64,000 nucleotides of DNA from Minisyncoccia bacterium (GCA_038326985.1 JBBQKQ010000001.1:5943-69942), one strand, 5' to 3'; positions 26,067 to 34,692 are shown, counted from the stretch's first letter. Notes: a model not told the origin generated them from the sequence alone. Made by a program: numbers and translations.

Positions 26067-26069
26067 AAA

Positions 26070-26789
26070 TTAATATCTTCTGTGAGTATTTGTCTTACAA
26101 GAATATCCACTGTAGTTGTAACGAGAATTATACTGAGGAGCATAATTATTGTTATAACCATAATTATAGTTATTGTTATTGTTATAATTGTAACTATTTT
26201 GACAAGATAAAGTTCTAAAAGAAAGAGTGTTACCGTATTGAGTACCATTTTGACCTGTTGAAACTGCACGGAAATAATAAGTAGTGTCACAAGAAAGATT
26301 TTGAGGAACAGCATTCAAATTTGTGCTGCCATAAACTGTTGCAGGTATAGTTCGTAAACTCAAGTTGCCATAATTACTACCGTACTCAAAATACACACTC
26401 ATGTATTGGGAGTTTTGATAATATGAATTGTTAGAGGAAACGTAGCCATTCATTGTTGCATAATATCTAGAGATATTTGTAGCGTTGTTTGTTGTTACAG
26501 AATTTACTATTGGTGCAACATATTGACTTTGTTGTTGATAATAACCATTATTATAGTTGTTGTTATAATTATTATTGTAATTATTACTATAACCATAGCT
26601 GTTATTGTAACTATATGGGTCATAGGTATTGTAACCACTTTGGTATGCATAGTTGTAATTACTATTATTGTTGTAATTATTAAAACTAGAGTCATAACTG
26701 TTTTGATAATAACTTTGTGCAAAAACACTCCCAGAAAACAAGAGTACAGAAGCAGTCGAAATTGTGATATTTTTAATTAATTTTTTCAT
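26070..26789 (-). CDS. secreted Asn/Tyr-rich low-complexity protein with a central FN3-like domain
   Basis: 239 aa with a signal peptide. Both ends are N/Y/S repeats (NNYNNNSNYNYAYQSGYNTYDPYSYNNSYGYSNNYNNNYNNNYNNGYY). The middle (PIVNSVTTNNATNIS...YYFRAVSTGQNGTQYGNTLSFRT) looks like a beta-sandwich. Confidence 0.6.
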   Translation of the reverse strand: MKKLIKNITISTASVLLFSGSVFAQSYYQNSYDSSFNNYNNNSNYNYAYQSGYNTYDPYSYNNSYGYSNNYNNNYNNNYNNGYYQQQSQYVAPIVNSVTTNNATNISRYYATMNGYVSSNNSYYQNSQYMSVYFEYGSNYGNLSLRTIPATVYGSTNLNAVPQNLSCDTTYYFRAVSTGQNGTQYGNTLSFRTLSCQNSYNYNNNNNYNYGYNNNYAPQYNSRYNYSGYSCKTNTHRRY

Positions 26790-26838
26790 ACGCTATAATT
26801 CTAATACTTTTTAAAAAACATTGCAAGTAGCCTAAAAA

Positions 26839-26847
26839 TGCTATAAT
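26839..26847 (+). promoter_or_regulatory. extended -10 box (TGCTATAAT) 6 nt upstream of the EVE-domain gene ATG
   Basis: TTGCAA at 26821-26826, then TGCTATAAT-CTACTT-ATG, with no SD. Confidence 0.6.
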
Positions 26848-26853
26848 CTACTT

Positions 26854-27318
26854 ATGAAATATTGGTTAATGAAGTCAGAGCCTGACGTTTATGGGATCGA
26901 CAATTTACAAAAAGATAAGTTTACTATTTGGGAAGGAGTGCGTAACTATCAAGCCAGAAACTTTATGCGTGACAATATGTCCATAAATGATGAGGTGCTT
27001 TTTTACCATTCTAGTTGTGATATTCCTGGTATTTATGGACTTGCAGAGGTTTCTAAAGTCAGAGTTGTAGACAAAACTCAGTTTGAAAAGAAGAGTGAGT
27101 ATTTTGATAAGAGGTCAAAAGTAGAATCTCCTTCTTGGATTTGTGTGGAAGTAAAATTTATCAAAAAATTTCTTTACCCAATTACCCTTTCAGAAATACG
27201 GGAGGATGAAAATTTACAAAATATGAGAGTGGTTCAAAAAGGCTCCCGCCTTTCTATCCAGCCTGTAGATAAAAAAGATTTTGAATACATATTGAAATTA
27301 AGCGAACAAAGAAAATAA
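26854..27318 (+). CDS. EVE (PUA-like) domain protein
   Basis: 154 aa. MKYWLMKSEPDVYGIDNL...WEGVRNYQARNFMR is the classic EVE N-terminus. Confidence 0.9.
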   Translation: MKYWLMKSEPDVYGIDNLQKDKFTIWEGVRNYQARNFMRDNMSINDEVLFYHSSCDIPGIYGLAEVSKVRVVDKTQFEKKSEYFDKRSKVESPSWICVEVKFIKKFLYPITLSEIREDENLQNMRVVQKGSRLSIQPVDKKDFEYILKLSEQRK

Positions 27319-27326
27319 ATAAATTT

Positions 27327-27357
27327 TAAAAAACCTCTTATTGAAAGAGGTTTTTTA
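27327..27357. terminator. bidirectional intrinsic terminator
   Basis: AACCTCTT-ATTGA-AAGAGGTT flanked by A and T runs, between convergent genes. Confidence 0.8.
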
Positions 27358-27381
27358 TATATTTTTCATCATTAATTTTCT

Positions 27382-28311
27382 TTATTGTAATTGAGTAAAT
27401 AACTGTTGAATCTGGATAAACAGATTTTGTATTTGCTGCTGCAAGGCACTTATGTTACTAATTATCATTGAACGAGTAGCACTTGATGAAGCAGTACTTG
27501 TTCCGCTTCCCATGTTGGTTGATGTTCCCATACTACTTGTACTTGTTGAACTTCCCATATTTCCAACGTTAGTTGTACTACCCATGTTGCCATTATGGTT
27601 TCCATTATCCATCTTCATATTATTTGGATTTCGGAAATTATACACATGGAGCATAACAGTTTTATCTGTGTCATTAGTTACATCCAACTTTATAAGACCT
27701 TTAGCATCATCACTTGCTAAAAAGGTTTGTTTATCATTGTTTGGAATTAATTGTGGAGGTGTAAATCTCACTGCTCCAAAATGAAAACCATTTGGTGGTA
27801 TTGTTTCCATTATATCAACTTTTCCATTACCAGCATTTACGTCACTAAATTGGTAGTGAGAAATATCGAGGGCGGTTGTTGTCGAAATGATCCCATTACC
27901 ATCCACGTCCTTATTTACATCTGCTTCAGTAATTTCATACTCCATGAAGTCGGCATCTTCAAAATATTGTATAGCACTATTTTCTCCTAAAACACTGAAT
28001 TCATAGTTTGTTCGCGGTGAAGAAACCGTTCCTGAAGCTATATTATTTTTAGGTAAAGGAGTAGTTGGACAATTTATTATAGTATTTGCAAACGCTCCTA
28101 TAGGATCCTTGCCATTTTCAAGTGCTTTAAAATCATCTATATTTTTAATATTTGAATTACATAAATGATTCATTACCTGAATTGTTACCAGGTTATTATT
28201 ATCTTGAGAAGATGTAGCACTATCCCGCTCTAGTGCCATAACTGAAGTTGCTAAAGTTGAGAGTGCAATCGAGACGACTGAAACGAAACCAATGAGTTTA
28301 TTTTTTTTCAT
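27382..28311 (-). CDS. secreted hypothetical protein with an S/T/M/G-rich tract and a Q-rich C-terminal helix
   Basis: 309 aa with a signal peptide. C-terminus: NMGSTTNVGNMGSSTSTSSMGTSTNMGSGTST...QQQIQNLFIQIQQLFTQLQ. Confidence 0.4.
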   Translation of the reverse strand: MKKNKLIGFVSVVSIALSTLATSVMALERDSATSSQDNNNLVTIQVMNHLCNSNIKNIDDFKALENGKDPIGAFANTIINCPTTPLPKNNIASGTVSSPRTNYEFSVLGENSAIQYFEDADFMEYEITEADVNKDVDGNGIISTTTALDISHYQFSDVNAGNGKVDIMETIPPNGFHFGAVRFTPPQLIPNNDKQTFLASDDAKGLIKLDVTNDTDKTVMLHVYNFRNPNNMKMDNGNHNGNMGSTTNVGNMGSSTSTSSMGTSTNMGSGTSTASSSATRSMIISNISALQQQIQNLFIQIQQLFTQLQ

Positions 28312-28449
28312 ATTTTTTATTTTATTAACGAATGACTAAAACCTTAGTTAGTTTTAGTCACCTGTATAATTGACGACGGGAGAAATATAAAAATATTACA
28401 AACTTTTTTTTATTAAAAATAATTGGCTTACTAACAGTTCTCTTTTTAT

Positions 28450-29153
28450 TTATATATCTAGAAATTCTTCTGGAGAATAATTTACCCTATAATCAACTCC
28501 ATCTTTTGGTGGAAAATCTATATTGTCGGTAAAAGTATTATTACCCCACGAACTATTCAAATTTAATTTTCTAGCAATCTTCAAGGGTAAACTTTCAGTT
28601 ATCTTTACACTTAGTCTTGAAGTTGGAACTTTTTGTTCATCTAAAATGATAAATTCTGCAAGTCTAGAATTTTTTCCACTTTTTATTTTTTCTAATTCTT
28701 CTCTCAACATATACCACAGTCCTTTTTGTACATGTTTTTCTTCTTCACTCATATTTGCAGTTGCCCCAATATCAATAACTTTTGTAGGTATCATTGTTAT
28801 TTCCTCTTCAGTTGTTGGACTTAGTTTTTTTATTGTAGTTATGTTTTCTATTATAATTTCACCAATATGAGTACTTACCAATTTATTGATATCCCCACCT
28901 CTTAGAAGAAGAATTAAATTATTAAACTTTTCTTCTATTAATTTTTTAAATTGAGGATTATCAAATGCAGTCTTAGCTTCATGAATTAAGTTTTCTAAAT
29001 GTTTTTTCTATTCTCTTTTATTCCCTGTTCTTTCAGATTGGAGTTTATTCCACTAATAAGGTCTTCAACATGAATAATCTGGCTTTTAGTGGGCTTGACA
29101 GTGAGTTCAGTGGTAAATTCATTTTGACTTTCTGGTTTTTCTAGAGATAACAT
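28450..29153 (-). CDS. hypothetical protein encoded in two frames joined at an A_AAA_AAC site (programmed -1 frameshift, homopolymer error or pseudogene)
   Basis: ORF1 29153..28995 (MLSLEKPESQNEF...KENRKNI*). ORF2 is open from 29007 to 28450, but its first start-type codon is the TTG at 28881. The -1 frame opens right after a TAG at 29010-29008, and the slippery heptamer lies at 29007-29001. Confidence 0.45.
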
Positions 29154-29239
29154 ATTTATTATCAAAAAGTATACTATAATTTTTACTAATAAAAATACCC
29201 CTTCAGTGAAGAGGGGTATTTTATTTTGAAAACTAGTAA

Positions 29240-30484
29240 TTACCGATGAGAGTTAATATACCCTCTTGTAGACAAACCAAACATTCCTGTTCCAGATTGG
29301 AGACCTAAAGGAGTTAAAATCTCACCTCTATGAGCTTCTTGAAAAGATTTAAGAGCTGCTTTAGTTTTTGGACCAAAAAGACTTGTTTCAGTTCCTTTAG
29401 AACCTAGTCCACTTGAGGAAACAGTGTAGCCATGGTTATTAAGATATTGTTGGAGTCGAAGCACGTCAGCACCACTACTTCCAAGAGTGAGAGAGACATC
29501 GAATGCTTGAGCAACATTAATTTGAGCTTGGATTGTTTGTGTATTTTGAACAGAAGAAGTAACTATTGTTGGTGATTGTGTAGAAGTATTGATACCACTA
29601 GCGCTTCCAGAAGTAGTATAGGTTGTTTGATTTTGTGTAGGAGTTTGTATGGTTGTTTGTGATGGAGTTTGCGCTGGAGCCGGTGTTACTATTTGTGTAG
29701 GGGTTGGATTTAATATTACAGATGGTTGAGTAAAATTTCCAGTACTCATAACTGCATTTGCATCCAATGTTACAGCAGTCTGTGCTAAAGCTCTACCATT
29801 AAGCGTTGCGCCTGTTTGTAAATTAATTGCAGTTTGAGTTAACAGGTTGCCATTAAACTGTGCCGTTGTTCCAATGTTTGCATTGCTTCCAACTTGCCAA
29901 AATATATTTTTTGCTTGTGCACCTCCAGTAAGAATTACTTTCTTGCCACTCGCTACATTTAATCCTTGAGCTATTTGAAAAATCCAAACATCATTTGGAC
30001 CACCTGAAAGGGTAACATCCGAATTTATTGCAACGCCTGTACCCCATTTATACAGTCCAGGAGCAATCGTTAGCCCACTAATATCTCCTGCCCCAAGTTC
30101 AGTTGCAGTTGGCAAGGTTCTACCTGCAGCATCAGTGTACGCAGTTTGCATATCCCCTACTGCAGAAGTAAGATTAGAAGAAGTAGGATCTGCATAGTTC
30201 GCTGCGTAAATTTTTCCAGTAACAACAGGAGAAGTAGAAAATACATTTGTAGCATCAGCCGAAAGTCCAAATCCAGTTATGTAGGTTGCAGCAACTGGAC
30301 TCACTCCAATGTCACCTGTAATCTGCGTCACTCCTGTGGTTGAGATTCCTGTTTTTGACAAGATTACAAAGTTTCCTGCAGTTCCAAGATTTACTGCTGC
30401 TGGTCCCGCAGCAAATGCGTTGGCCCCGCTCATTGCAACAACGAGAACCAATAATAGATAAGACAATTTATTTTTATTTTTCAT
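29240..30484 (-). CDS. secreted DUF3494 (ice-binding-like beta-solenoid) protein with a C-terminal peptidoglycan-binding (PG_binding_1) domain
   Basis: 414 aa with a signal peptide. VNLGTAGNFVILSKTGISTTGVTQITGDIGVSP is typical of DUF3494. T/Q/P-rich linker. C-terminus: GADVLRLQQYLNNHGY...GPKTKAALKSFQ. Confidence 0.8.
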   Translation of the reverse strand: MKNKNKLSYLLLVLVVAMSGANAFAAGPAAVNLGTAGNFVILSKTGISTTGVTQITGDIGVSPVAATYITGFGLSADATNVFSTSPVVTGKIYAANYADPTSSNLTSAVGDMQTAYTDAAGRTLPTATELGAGDISGLTIAPGLYKWGTGVAINSDVTLSGGPNDVWIFQIAQGLNVASGKKVILTGGAQAKNIFWQVGSNANIGTTAQFNGNLLTQTAINLQTGATLNGRALAQTAVTLDANAVMSTGNFTQPSVILNPTPTQIVTPAPAQTPSQTTIQTPTQNQTTYTTSGSASGINTSTQSPTIVTSSVQNTQTIQAQINVAQAFDVSLTLGSSGADVLRLQQYLNNHGYTVSSSGLGSKGTETSLFGPKTKAALKSFQEAHRGEILTPLGLQSGTGMFGLSTRGYINSHR

Positions 30485-30625
30485 ACTTCAGTTTTTATTT
30501 ATTTATTTTGAACATCCACTAGTTATTCAACATTATTTAGTGTACTTCCCAAAGACAAAAAAGTCTAGGAATAATTTTGTAAAATACAAATACCCGATTT
30601 TGAAAATGGGTATTTTTATATTTTG

Positions 30626-30698
30626 TGGGCGATAGAGGACTCGAACCTCTGACCTTCGCTGTGTAAAAGCGTTGCTCTACCAACTGAGCTAATCGCCC
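30626..30698 (-). tRNA. tRNA-Val (UAC)
   Basis: The reverse complement folds with acceptor GGGCGAU/AUCGCCC, D arm GCUC-AGUUGGUA-GAGC, anticodon loop UUUACAC and T loop UUCGAGU. CCA is not encoded. Confidence 0.92.
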
Positions 30699-30778
30699 GT
30701 TTTTATTCGGACGAAAACATTATAGCAAATTTATTTAACTTTGTGAATACATATTTAAAAGCTATACTCTAGTTTAAT

Positions 30779-31453
30779 ATGGCAGATATAAGTGAAAGAC
30801 AAAGTGCAAAGCAAATAATCCAAGGTCAATTTGCCGGAAACCAAGAAATAAAGCCAGAAGCAAAGATAGAAAATATTGCCGGAGCTGCAAAAGAAGCTCT
30901 TGAAGCCCAAACTTCAACAACTGTAAAACCTGTTGATAAAAGCTTGTCAGATAACGAGGAAAATATTACAGAGCTACAAAACAGACCCCTAACAGAGTTA
31001 TTGCAACCTGAAATCGAAAATGAAACTACCAGTATTAGTCCTAACGAAGAAATTGCCCAGAGTTCCCAAACAAAAACAAAACAAAAATCTCGTGGTAGAA
31101 AATTTTTACCTCTGATAAATGCCGGAATAGAGTATTTAATAAATGACTTTATTATTGGTGCTGGCTTATCACTTACTGCATTTGGTTTTACGTCCACTAT
31201 TGGAGCTGCTGCTACCGTTGTCGGACTTTTAGCAACTCCTTTTACATTTATTATTATGCTTGTAGGATTAATTCTTTTGGTTAGTGGAGTAATAATAAAA
31301 TTTATCTTTTCAATAGTTGTTTGGAAAACATCTAAAAATGTATCATTTCCTGCAAAGCTGATTTTAGAAATTTTTAACTGGATAAGTTTTGGATATTTCC
31401 CAGGCAATTTTATAATAAGAATACTTAATTTACGAAAGAAAAAAGTATTGTAA
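30779..31453 (+). CDS. hypothetical membrane protein (disordered acidic N-terminus, 3-4 C-terminal TM helices)
   Basis: 224 aa with coding-like composition. The antisense ORF 30826..31407 was judged spurious. Confidence 0.4.
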   Translation: MADISERQSAKQIIQGQFAGNQEIKPEAKIENIAGAAKEALEAQTSTTVKPVDKSLSDNEENITELQNRPLTELLQPEIENETTSISPNEEIAQSSQTKTKQKSRGRKFLPLINAGIEYLINDFIIGAGLSLTAFGFTSTIGAAATVVGLLATPFTFIIMLVGLILLVSGVIIKFIFSIVVWKTSKNVSFPAKLILEIFNWISFGYFPGNFIIRILNLRKKKVL

Positions 31454-31490
31454 AATAACCATTTTGTGGTAGAATGTATTTTACAAACAT

Positions 31491-31562
31491 GCTCCTGTAG
31501 TTCAATGGATAGAACAGCGGACTTCTAAGCCGTTGATGTAGGTTCGATTCCTACCCGGAGCA
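31491..31562 (+). tRNA. tRNA-Arg (UCU)
   Basis: Acceptor GCUCCUG/CCGGAGC (one U-C mismatch). D arm GUUC-AAUGGAUA-GAAC. Anticodon loop CUUCUAA. T arm GUAGG-UUCGAUU-CCUAC. A TGGTAGAAT box lies upstream. Confidence 0.85.
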
Positions 31563-31618
31563 CAGACATAACGTTTAAATAATTGATGTGGTAAACTATT
31601 TAAACAATAATTCGCTTC

Positions 31619-32221
31619 ATGAAAAAAAGATGCAGTATTTTCTTTCGATTAATAATTATGATTTTGTTATTTTCTATATTTAACACACCTCGCACATCCG
31701 CTCTTTTATCTCAAAGTAAAGACACTATAGTTAGATTGTTTGTAATTAATTCACACGGGAAAATTCTACTTCTTAAAGATGAGCATCTTCCTGATTTAAA
31801 ACAATGGGTTGTACCACAAGCAACAATTAAAACTAATGAATTAAAAAACAAACAAGAAGCCACTCTAAAAAATATCCTCAACAAGATTACAAATATTGAC
31901 TCCATTAATATTAGTCGCTTAAACCCTAATGACTCAAAAAAAGATTTCCTTATTTTAGCAAAAGATCAAGAAGTGATTTTGTCGGACAAAAAAACAAATA
32001 ACTATTCAGAATACATATGGATTACCGAAGAAAATATTAAAAATAATATACCAAATAATCTATACCTTACTAAGAACCAACTTGTAAAAATATTTGCAAC
32101 CAAAGATATTATTTCTAATATAAAGAAAATACCTCCACCCGCTAAAGAATCTTCTTCTTTAGAAATTAATCGATTTTACCATAAGCCCTTTAAGGAAAAC
32201 TCTAATTCTAAAAAAAATTAG
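31619..32221 (+). CDS. hypothetical secreted protein
   Basis: 200 aa with a signal-peptide-like N-terminus. No confident motif (weak Nudix-fold-like N-terminus without a Nudix box). Confidence 0.3.
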   Translation: MKKRCSIFFRLIIMILLFSIFNTPRTSALLSQSKDTIVRLFVINSHGKILLLKDEHLPDLKQWVVPQATIKTNELKNKQEATLKNILNKITNIDSINISRLNPNDSKKDFLILAKDQEVILSDKKTNNYSEYIWITEENIKNNIPNNLYLTKNQLVKIFATKDIISNIKKIPPPAKESSSLEINRFYHKPFKENSNSKKN

Positions 32222-32406
32222 AAGAAAACCGACTTTTTCTATTAAACTTGCTAAAACAAAAATTTCTGATAAACTTTGTATTTAGTGTACAAAAACATTT
32301 TAAAAAATAAAATATTGAAGCAAAAAACACCTGCTTTGATATTTCTATTTCAAAAAGCCTCATTCGTTTGAGGCTTTTGTTTTTGTATAAAATTAAAACA
32401 AAAAAT

Positions 32407-32742
32407 ATGAGTACAAATTTTAATGAACTTAATGAAGCTTATATGAATTTAAGAGGAAGAGTATTGGAAGATGCGGAGAAGAGAGGTTTAATTGCTGAAT
32501 TTAAATATGAAGAACATAGAGAAGAAGGAATTCCAATAGGTTTTTCAGGTTTCTCTATCAGAGATACTTCCCTTTTTAAAGTTTTAGTACATGGAAATCT
32601 AGATACCCTTAAAGAGCTATATGAGGGTTCTGCGGAATACGATCAAATGATGATTGAGGTTTTTGGACCCGAGGAAGGAAATGAACTTGCAATTGAAAAA
32701 CAGAGATCTATTGAAGACCAAGAAGATAGAGAAGCGGCGTAA
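32407..32742 (+). CDS. hypothetical acidic protein
   Basis: Track ORF 32368..32742. MSTNFNELNE at 32407 is the more plausible start. Confidence 0.3.
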   Translation: MSTNFNELNEAYMNLRGRVLEDAEKRGLIAEFKYEEHREEGIPIGFSGFSIRDTSLFKVLVHGNLDTLKELYEGSAEYDQMMIEVFGPEEGNELAIEKQRSIEDQEDREAA

Positions 32743-32743
32743 A

Positions 32744-33181
32744 TTATCGAATAGTAGTTCCTACTGGTGCGTCGAGATCCGGAGTTACAGAAAATAATTT
32801 TCCAGACTCACCTCCGGCAAAAAGTAGCATGCCGGTACTTTCATATCCACGTAGTTTGCGTGGTGCAAGATTTGTAACTACACATACTTTTTTACCAATA
32901 AATATTTCTTTGTCAGGAAAAAATTCTCTTATTCCCGACAATATAGTTCTGTAAACCTTGCGTGTTTCTACATTTTCCATACTTCCATTTTGTAGCTCAT
33001 CACTAATTTCTCCTTCAGAATTCTCCTCTTTTAGCACCTGTAAAGTTTCTCCGATATCTACCAGAAATCTGTACAGCTTATCTGCACCTTCTACAATATG
33101 AGCTTCTAATATTTGCCCAACCTTTAGTTCTACTTTTGTAAAATCATCTATACTTATTTGTGTTTTGTTTTCTTCTGTCAT
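32744..33181 (-). CDS. tRNA-binding domain protein (CsaA / MetRS C-terminal-like OB fold) with an internal acidic insertion
   Basis: 145 aa. IDDFTKVELKVGQILEAHIVEGADKLYRFLVDIGE ... KKVCVVTNLAPRKLRGYESTGMLLFA. Confidence 0.8.
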   Translation of the reverse strand: MTEENKTQISIDDFTKVELKVGQILEAHIVEGADKLYRFLVDIGETLQVLKEENSEGEISDELQNGSMENVETRKVYRTILSGIREFFPDKEIFIGKKVCVVTNLAPRKLRGYESTGMLLFAGGESGKLFSVTPDLDAPVGTTIR

Positions 33182-33185
33182 TTTT

Positions 33186-33557
33186 TCATTTTAGCACAAA
33201 ATAAAAATATATTATAATTGGCAATACCCAAGATAAAATATCTGCTACTCCTTTCCACTTCGGCTGACTATAGTATTTGTTATGTATAAATAATTCTTGA
33301 TATATGATAAATAAAATAAAAATTATTGACAAATTTATCTGTGCGCTTATTTTTAAATAAGATATGAATAGCAAGAAAACAGCAGAACCAAAAAAATGCA
33401 CTAAACACCGAATTAATTCTGTTTTAATACACCTGGAATTATCATTTTTATAGCAATTAACAATTGAGTTGCAGTGAATAAATCCTGATTGGCCAAAAAA
33501 TTTACTTATAAAAATGTCGGGAATTCCCAATATTTTTTCATAAGTTTTTTTTATCAT
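33186..33557 (-). CDS. hypothetical membrane protein
   Basis: 123 aa, 3 TM helices. Overlaps the ruvX stop by 4 nt (operon-like). Confidence 0.3.
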   Translation of the reverse strand: MIKKTYEKILGIPDIFISKFFGQSGFIHCNSIVNCYKNDNSRCIKTELIRCLVHFFGSAVFLLFISYLKISAQINLSIIFILFIIYQELFIHNKYYSQPKWKGVADILSWVLPIIIYFYFVLK

Positions 33558-34048
33558 AAATCCTCGTTGTCATATATTCCCTCTTCCAATTCTTCCCGCA
33601 TTTTCATTTCTTCATCACTTAAAATTTTTTTCGCATTTTCTTTATCCAAGTGGCGCTGTAAAATAAGCGCTGCAGCTCGGTCGTCTACCGCAATATGTTT
33701 TCCAAAGTTATTTTTTCCTTCGTCCAAGTCTCGTGCATGTTTACTCGATAGAAATTCTTTTTCATATTTAAACTCAACCTCCCCATTAATTATTCTAGCC
33801 TCATACTTTTCTTTCATTTTATCCACAAACTTTTTTGTAGCATCCCAAATTTTATTGTGCTCACCTTTACTATTTACACTTTCACCGAAAATTATTCTCT
33901 CAAACAGAACGTTGCCCAACATATGGTCCAGCTCATTTTCAAGTTCAACTGTGGGAACAACTTTGAAAGGTACTGCTATTGTTCCTTTGTCGTCACTCAC
34001 CGCAATCCCGCACTTTTTACTTCCATAATCTATTGATAGGTATTTCAT
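33554..34048 (-). CDS. ruvX: Holliday-junction-resolvase-like nuclease YqgF/RuvX (with a C-terminal extension)
   Basis: 164 aa. MKYLSIDYGSKKCGIAVSDD N-terminus and ...DERLSS-like FLSSKHARD. Confidence 0.8.
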   Translation of the reverse strand: MKYLSIDYGSKKCGIAVSDDKGTIAVPFKVVPTVELENELDHMLGNVLFERIIFGESVNSKGEHNKIWDATKKFVDKMKEKYEARIINGEVEFKYEKEFLSSKHARDLDEGKNNFGKHIAVDDRAAALILQRHLDKENAKKILSDEEMKMREELEEGIYDNEDL

Positions 34049-34050
34049 AT

Positions 34051-34506
34051 TTATATTTTACTATATTTTCCGAGAATTGGCTTCTCAATATTTATGAAAT
34101 CAAATTTCTCTATTTGTAAACTTTCAGTTAATAGTCCAATATTAAAATTTAAAATATTTTCCAATTCTTCGTCTGCATATGTTTGTAAACCTAGGACACT
34201 TCCAAAAGGTGGTACCGACCCAGGTACACAACCAATTCTTTCAAATGGATCTTTGGCAAACTGAAACTTCTCACCAGTAACAAGTTTTAGTTTTGCAAAG
34301 TCAATTTTTTTATGTGCCGGAATAACTACTAAAACAGTTTTTCCGCTTTTCTCACCTTCTAAAACAAGTGCTTTTGCTCCAGAAGACATTGGTACACCTC
34401 GTACTTGTGACGCCTGTTCACTTGTATGAACAGGCTCATGCAATGAGTGGGTATGCTTTACATTTTTTACTAATTCTAAAATTTTATCTCTATGAATTGC
34501 TGACAT
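34051..34506 (-). CDS. YbaK/ProX-type aminoacyl-tRNA deacylase
   Basis: Trimmed from track ORF 34051..34608, whose first 34 codons overlap tRNA-Arg. SSGAKALVLEG...VVIPAHKKIDFAKLK...IGCVPGSVPPFG. Confidence 0.7.
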   Translation of the reverse strand: MSAIHRDKILELVKNVKHTHSLHEPVHTSEQASQVRGVPMSSGAKALVLEGEKSGKTVLVVIPAHKKIDFAKLKLVTGEKFQFAKDPFERIGCVPGSVPPFGSVLGLQTYADEELENILNFNIGLLTESLQIEKFDFINIEKPILGKYSKI

Positions 34507-34550
34507 AAACTTATTATAACATCTTGCACTAAAGCACAAGTGTTCCCTTG

Positions 34551-34622
34551 TCCTCGAGACAGGAATCGAACCTGTATCGTACGTACCGCAAACGCATATT
34601 CTATCCATTGAACTACCCGAGG
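34551..34622 (-). tRNA. tRNA-Arg (GCG)
   Basis: The reverse complement folds with acceptor CCUCGGG/CUCGAGG (C1-G72), anticodon stem UGCGU/ACGUA, loop UUGCGGU (G34 C35 G36, G37) and T arm ACAGG-UUCGAUU-CCUGU. Confidence 0.88.
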
Positions 34623-34644
34623 TATTTTTGTATTATACAACAAT

Positions 34645-34670
34645 AAAAGCTTTTTGTAAAAGCTTTTTTA
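34645..34670 (-). terminator. hairpin terminator after the ABC-2 transporter operon
   Basis: AAAAGCTTTT-TGT-AAAAGCTTTT followed by T-rich sequence. Confidence 0.6.
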
Positions 34671-34692
34671 TTTTATAAAAATGTTAATTATT

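Noticed and set aside
26057-26780. Track ORFs 26057..26314 (-), 26489..26683 (+), 26507..26728 (-) and 26523..26780 (+)
   Set aside because: These are alternative frames of the AAT/TAT-rich repeat of the N/Y-rich gene. Only 26070..26789 has a signal peptide and a folded-looking core.
29197-29224. ACCCCTTCAGTGAAGAGGGGT hairpin as a family-A element
   Set aside because: It resembles the CCCCTCTCC/GGAGAGGGG stem only superficially. It lacks the G-rich tail and sits where the intrinsic terminator of 29240..30484 is expected.
33489-34028. 179-aa ORF on the + strand opposite ruvX
   Set aside because: It is antisense to a recognisable YqgF/RuvX gene and is a Ser/Phe/Leu-rich low-complexity translation. 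The same reasoning applies to other antisense track ORFs: 37012..37551, 49149..49838, 30826..31407, 12767..13219, 7491..7868, 52567..53007, 40938..41321, 60020..60385 and 6076..6396.
34507-34608. Upstream part of track ORF 34051..34608
   Set aside because: It is read through the tRNA-Arg(GCG) gene on the same strand. The YbaK-like homology begins at MSAIHRD (34506).
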